A stretch of DNA of 64,000 nucleotides from Desulfobacterales bacterium (GTDB lineage Bacteria > Desulfobacterota > Desulfobacteria > Desulfobacterales > SG8-13): positions 10,262 through 74,261 of the forward strand of contig JBAPSB010000016.1 in the NCBI GenBank assembly GCA_049281435.1, in the 5' to 3' direction. The translations under genes and the position numbers were made by a program. How positions within the stretch are numbered: the first letter of the stretch is position 1; the number at the start of each line of letters is the position of its first letter. Below are positions 61,404-64,000 of this stretch, piece after piece. Below the pieces are notes generated by a model that was not told where the DNA came from, did no database searches, and worked only from the letters and a program-made list of their open reading frames with translations.

Positions 61404-63734
61404 ATGGACCAGCAGATTTATCAATATATATCGGGCATGCCCCATTTTTCTTTCCTGCCCCGCGAAGAGCGCCAAAAAATTGCCACCGCCGCGATCGAGG
61501 AAAGCCACGCCAAGGGCACGCCGTATGCCGTTCAGGGACAGACCAGGGTCGACAGCATTTTCATTGTGAGAAAGGGCTCTCTGGCGCTTTTCGACGAGAA
61601 AATAAACGGTGAAAAACCGACCGGCCACATCAAACAAGGTGAAGTTTTCGGCGGGATCACGATCCTGCTCAATGCCGGGATATCGCTGCGGACTGCCATA
61701 GTCGCCGACGACTGCACCGGATACAGGGTTCCGGAAGAAAATTTTCTGGACCTCTGCACGCGTTACAAAGCCTTTTATGAATATTTTCTGGAAAATTTCA
61801 GTCGCAACATATTCGACACTTCGCTGGCATCGATCATCGAATCCGGACAGGCCAGGAACTTTTTGTCCCGCCTGCCGCCCTTCTCGGTTTTACCGGCCGC
61901 GGAACTCGATAACATCGTGACAGACCTGACGATGGTCCACTATCCCAAGGACACCGTTTTATTCGTTCAGGGCCGCACCCGCGTTGGATACCTCTACATT
62001 CTTCAGAAAGGCTCCGCGGAACGCTACTATGAAGAACAGAACAAAAAATCGATGGTGGAACGGCTGGGCGCAGGCGACATTTACGGCGGCATTTCGATTC
62101 TATTGAACGACGGCATTTCGGTGCGCACGATGCGGGTGATCGAAAAGTCCTTTTTTTACCTGCTGCCCAAGCAAACGTTTCTGGAGGTCTGCAAGCGATT
62201 CGAAGCCTTCACCGAGCACTTCACGGACATTTTCGGCCGCCGCATGCTCGAGAAATCATATGCGAGCATCATCGCCAAGGCCTTGCAGCCCCAGCAGGAG
62301 GGCCTGCAATTTTTTAATCAACCGGTGGCCAGCATTTACACGCGCCAGCCGGTTTTCGGCAGCGTCGACATGACGGTTCAAGACGCCGCGCAAGTGATGG
62401 ACCAGAAAAAAATCAGCTCGATCTTTCTCAAGACCCCCTCCGGCCAGTGCGTGGGCGTCCTAACGGAAAAAGATCTGGCCTTGAAGGTGATCGCCCCGGG
62501 ACTGGACATCCGGCGGCCGGTAAAAGACGTCATGTCCTCGCCGGTCCGCACGATTGCCGACCAGGCGCTGATTTTTGAAGCCCTGATGCTGATGATGAAG
62601 GATGACATCCGCCATCTGGCAGTCATGGATGCCACCGATGAGGTGGTGGGAATCCTGTCGAGCCGTGATCTCCTGTCGGCGCAGGGGCAGTCGCCGCTGT
62701 TTCTGCTGCGGGAAATCACCGAGGCGGACAGCATGACCCAAATTATCGAGCGCAACCGCCGGATGCCGCAACTGCTCCGCAGCCTGATCACCAGCGGCGC
62801 ACGGGCCCAGAACCTGACGCGCTTCATCACCGCCGTCTCCGACGCCATTCTCAAAAAGGTCATGGCGTTTACCCTAAATGAGTTGGGGCCGCCGCCGATT
62901 CCGTTTGTGTTCATGATCATGGGCAGCGAAGGCCGGCACGAGCAGACCCTGAAAACCGATCAGGACAATGCCATCGTTTACCAGGACCTCGGGGAACAGG
63001 ACGAGCCGGCTGTAAGGGCGTATTTCTTGAAATTCGGGGAAAAGGCGTGCTTTCTGCTGGACCAGGCCGGTTTTGAATACTGCACCGGTGGCGTCATGGC
63101 TCAAAATCCCAAATGGTGCCAGTCGCTCTCGACCTGGAAGGCCTATTTTTCGGCCTGGATTCATGCGGCCGAACCGGAAGATTTACTCCAGGCCAGCATC
63201 TTTTTCGACTTTCGGCATGGCTATGGAGAGGCGTCACTGATCGAGGCCCTGCGCAAACACCTTTTTGCCTCCCTCGAGGGCTGGTCCGGTTTTTTTCGAC
63301 ACCTGACTGAAAATGCCCTGCACTTCAAACCGCCCATCGGCTTTTTTCGCAACTTCGTGGTCGAATCCAAGGGCCAGCACCGCAGCGCCCTTGATATAAA
63401 GAGTGCAATGACACCCATCGTTGATTTCGCCCGGATTTATGCCCTCAAACACAAAATCGAAGAAACGAACACGCTGGAACGCCTGAGTCATTTGCAGTTG
63501 AAGAAGGTCATTACGGCACCCGAGTATGAAGAGGTCGAAAAAGCCTACACTTTTTTGATGCAATTGCGGTTCGTGCGGCAGGTCACGGCGGTCGTCGATG
63601 AAAAAACCGCGCCCGACAATTACATCAATCCCAAAAAACTGACCAACATCGAACAGAAAATGTTGAAGGAAATCTTCAAGCGGGTCGAAAAGTTTCAGAC
63701 CAAACTGGAGTTCGAGTTCACCGGCTTGGTCTGA
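61404..63734 (+). CDS. 2x cNMP-binding + CBS pair + DUF294 nucleotidyltransferase + DUF294_C protein
   Basis: Two cyclic-nucleotide-binding-like domains (GEVFGGITILL, GDIYGGISILL), a CBS pair, and NTase motif GSEGRHEQTLKTDQDNAIVY. GAGGAGG RBS. Confidence 0.8.
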   Translation: MDQQIYQYISGMPHFSFLPREERQKIATAAIEESHAKGTPYAVQGQTRVDSIFIVRKGSLALFDEKINGEKPTGHIKQGEVFGGITILLNAGISLRTAIVADDCTGYRVPEENFLDLCTRYKAFYEYFLENFSRNIFDTSLASIIESGQARNFLSRLPPFSVLPAAELDNIVTDLTMVHYPKDTVLFVQGRTRVGYLYILQKGSAERYYEEQNKKSMVERLGAGDIYGGISILLNDGISVRTMRVIEKSFFYLLPKQTFLEVCKRFEAFTEHFTDIFGRRMLEKSYASIIAKALQPQQEGLQFFNQPVASIYTRQPVFGSVDMTVQDAAQVMDQKKISSIFLKTPSGQCVGVLTEKDLALKVIAPGLDIRRPVKDVMSSPVRTIADQALIFEALMLMMKDDIRHLAVMDATDEVVGILSSRDLLSAQGQSPLFLLREITEADSMTQIIERNRRMPQLLRSLITSGARAQNLTRFITAVSDAILKKVMAFTLNELGPPPIPFVFMIMGSEGRHEQTLKTDQDNAIVYQDLGEQDEPAVRAYFLKFGEKACFLLDQAGFEYCTGGVMAQNPKWCQSLSTWKAYFSAWIHAAEPEDLLQASIFFDFRHGYGEASLIEALRKHLFASLEGWSGFFRHLTENALHFKPPIGFFRNFVVESKGQHRSALDIKSAMTPIVDFARIYALKHKIEETNTLERLSHLQLKKVITAPEYEEVEKAYTFLMQLRFVRQVTAVVDEKTAPDNYINPKKLTNIEQKMLKEIFKRVEKFQTKLEFEFTGLV

Positions 63735-63901
63735 TGCGTGCGGCCGGGACGCCGCTGAGTGGTTGTTTTCTGCAGTGCCGGAAAAAATGTTTGCCTCGCC
63801 AATTTGTTTCTTGAAAAAAGGCGGCATCTGAATTAGGGTGGCAAGCTACGAATTTTACTTTTAACCCGCGCGCCCGAGTTCGGGACGTGAGGGGCCCATG
63901 G

Positions 63902-63940
63902 ATGGTGAATTGAGCACAGGGTGATTCACCATTGTTTTTT
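63902..63940 (+). terminator. rho-independent terminator (ATGGTGAAT-N13-ATTCACCAT + TGTTTTTT)
   Basis: Perfect 9-bp stem plus a T-tract, 168 nt after the DUF294 stop. Confidence 0.5.
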
Positions 63941-63966
63941 ACAATCGATCAAGGACAGGCAAATTT

Positions 63967-64000
63967 ATGGACGACAAGGAGCCTGGCGGTAGTCCTGACC
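63967..64000 (+). CDS. 5' end of an unidentified gene (MDDKEPGGSPD...), truncated by the window
   Basis: ATG with AAGGACAGG upstream. Only 11 codons are visible. Confidence 0.2.
   Translation, partial: MDDKEPGGSPD

Noticed and set aside
1-64000. Searched by eye for CRISPR repeats, tRNA/rRNA signatures (for example GGTTCGAATCC T-loops), transposase, integrase or phage genes, toxin-antitoxin pairs and known defence-system gene sets.
   Set aside because: None was recognised. The only repeats are the short intergenic elements reported above. A computational scan (tRNAscan-SE, Infernal/Rfam, ISfinder, DefenseFinder/PADLOC) would be needed to exclude them formally.

Overview
High-GC (roughly 60%+) chromosomal window, densely coded on both strands, with gene content typical of a Desulfobacterota/deltaproteobacterium-like anaerobe (inference from content only). 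I saw no rRNA, tRNA, CRISPR array, transposase, integrase or phage genes. Recognisable blocks are listed here. (1) A translationally coupled operon at 2.2-7.6 kb: CDP-alcohol phosphatidyltransferase, RibD-C reductase, Zn-dehydrogenase, PTPS-like protein, GT4 glycosyltransferase and methyltransferase. (2) An iron/redox neighbourhood: ferredoxin, rubrerythrin-like protein, ferritin, OYE flavoenzyme. (3) arfB. (4) A divergent MreB paralogue coupled to an unknown protein. (5) A livKHMGF-type ABC transporter. (6) An HDOD-GAF histidine kinase plus a hybrid kinase. (7) A 1826-aa polytopic-membrane/GH94 fusion next to opgG. (8) Acyl-CoA synthetase, a HerA/FtsK-like ATPase, a DUF547 protein, alpha-glucan phosphorylase and an acetyl-CoA hydrolase/GNAT fusion. 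(9) A lower-GC islet of small Cys-rich proteins. (10) A PBP, a Pal-like lipoprotein, a DAHP synthase-prephenate dehydratase fusion and a small siroheme-type sulfite reductase. (11) A sigma54-preceded operon of kamA, two Ddl-like ATP-grasp ligases and a GNAT-deacetylase-GNAT fusion. This is my best candidate for an undescribed system, a beta-lysine-derived product. (12) A cNMP/CBS/DUF294 nucleotidyltransferase. Non-coding signals include six sigma54-type -24/-12 promoters, an intergenic palindromic repeat family with four copies or fragments, a shared promoter/leader cassette, and a tandem-hairpin region upstream of the aro-phe fusion. Many long antisense ORFs in the track are GC-driven shadow ORFs.
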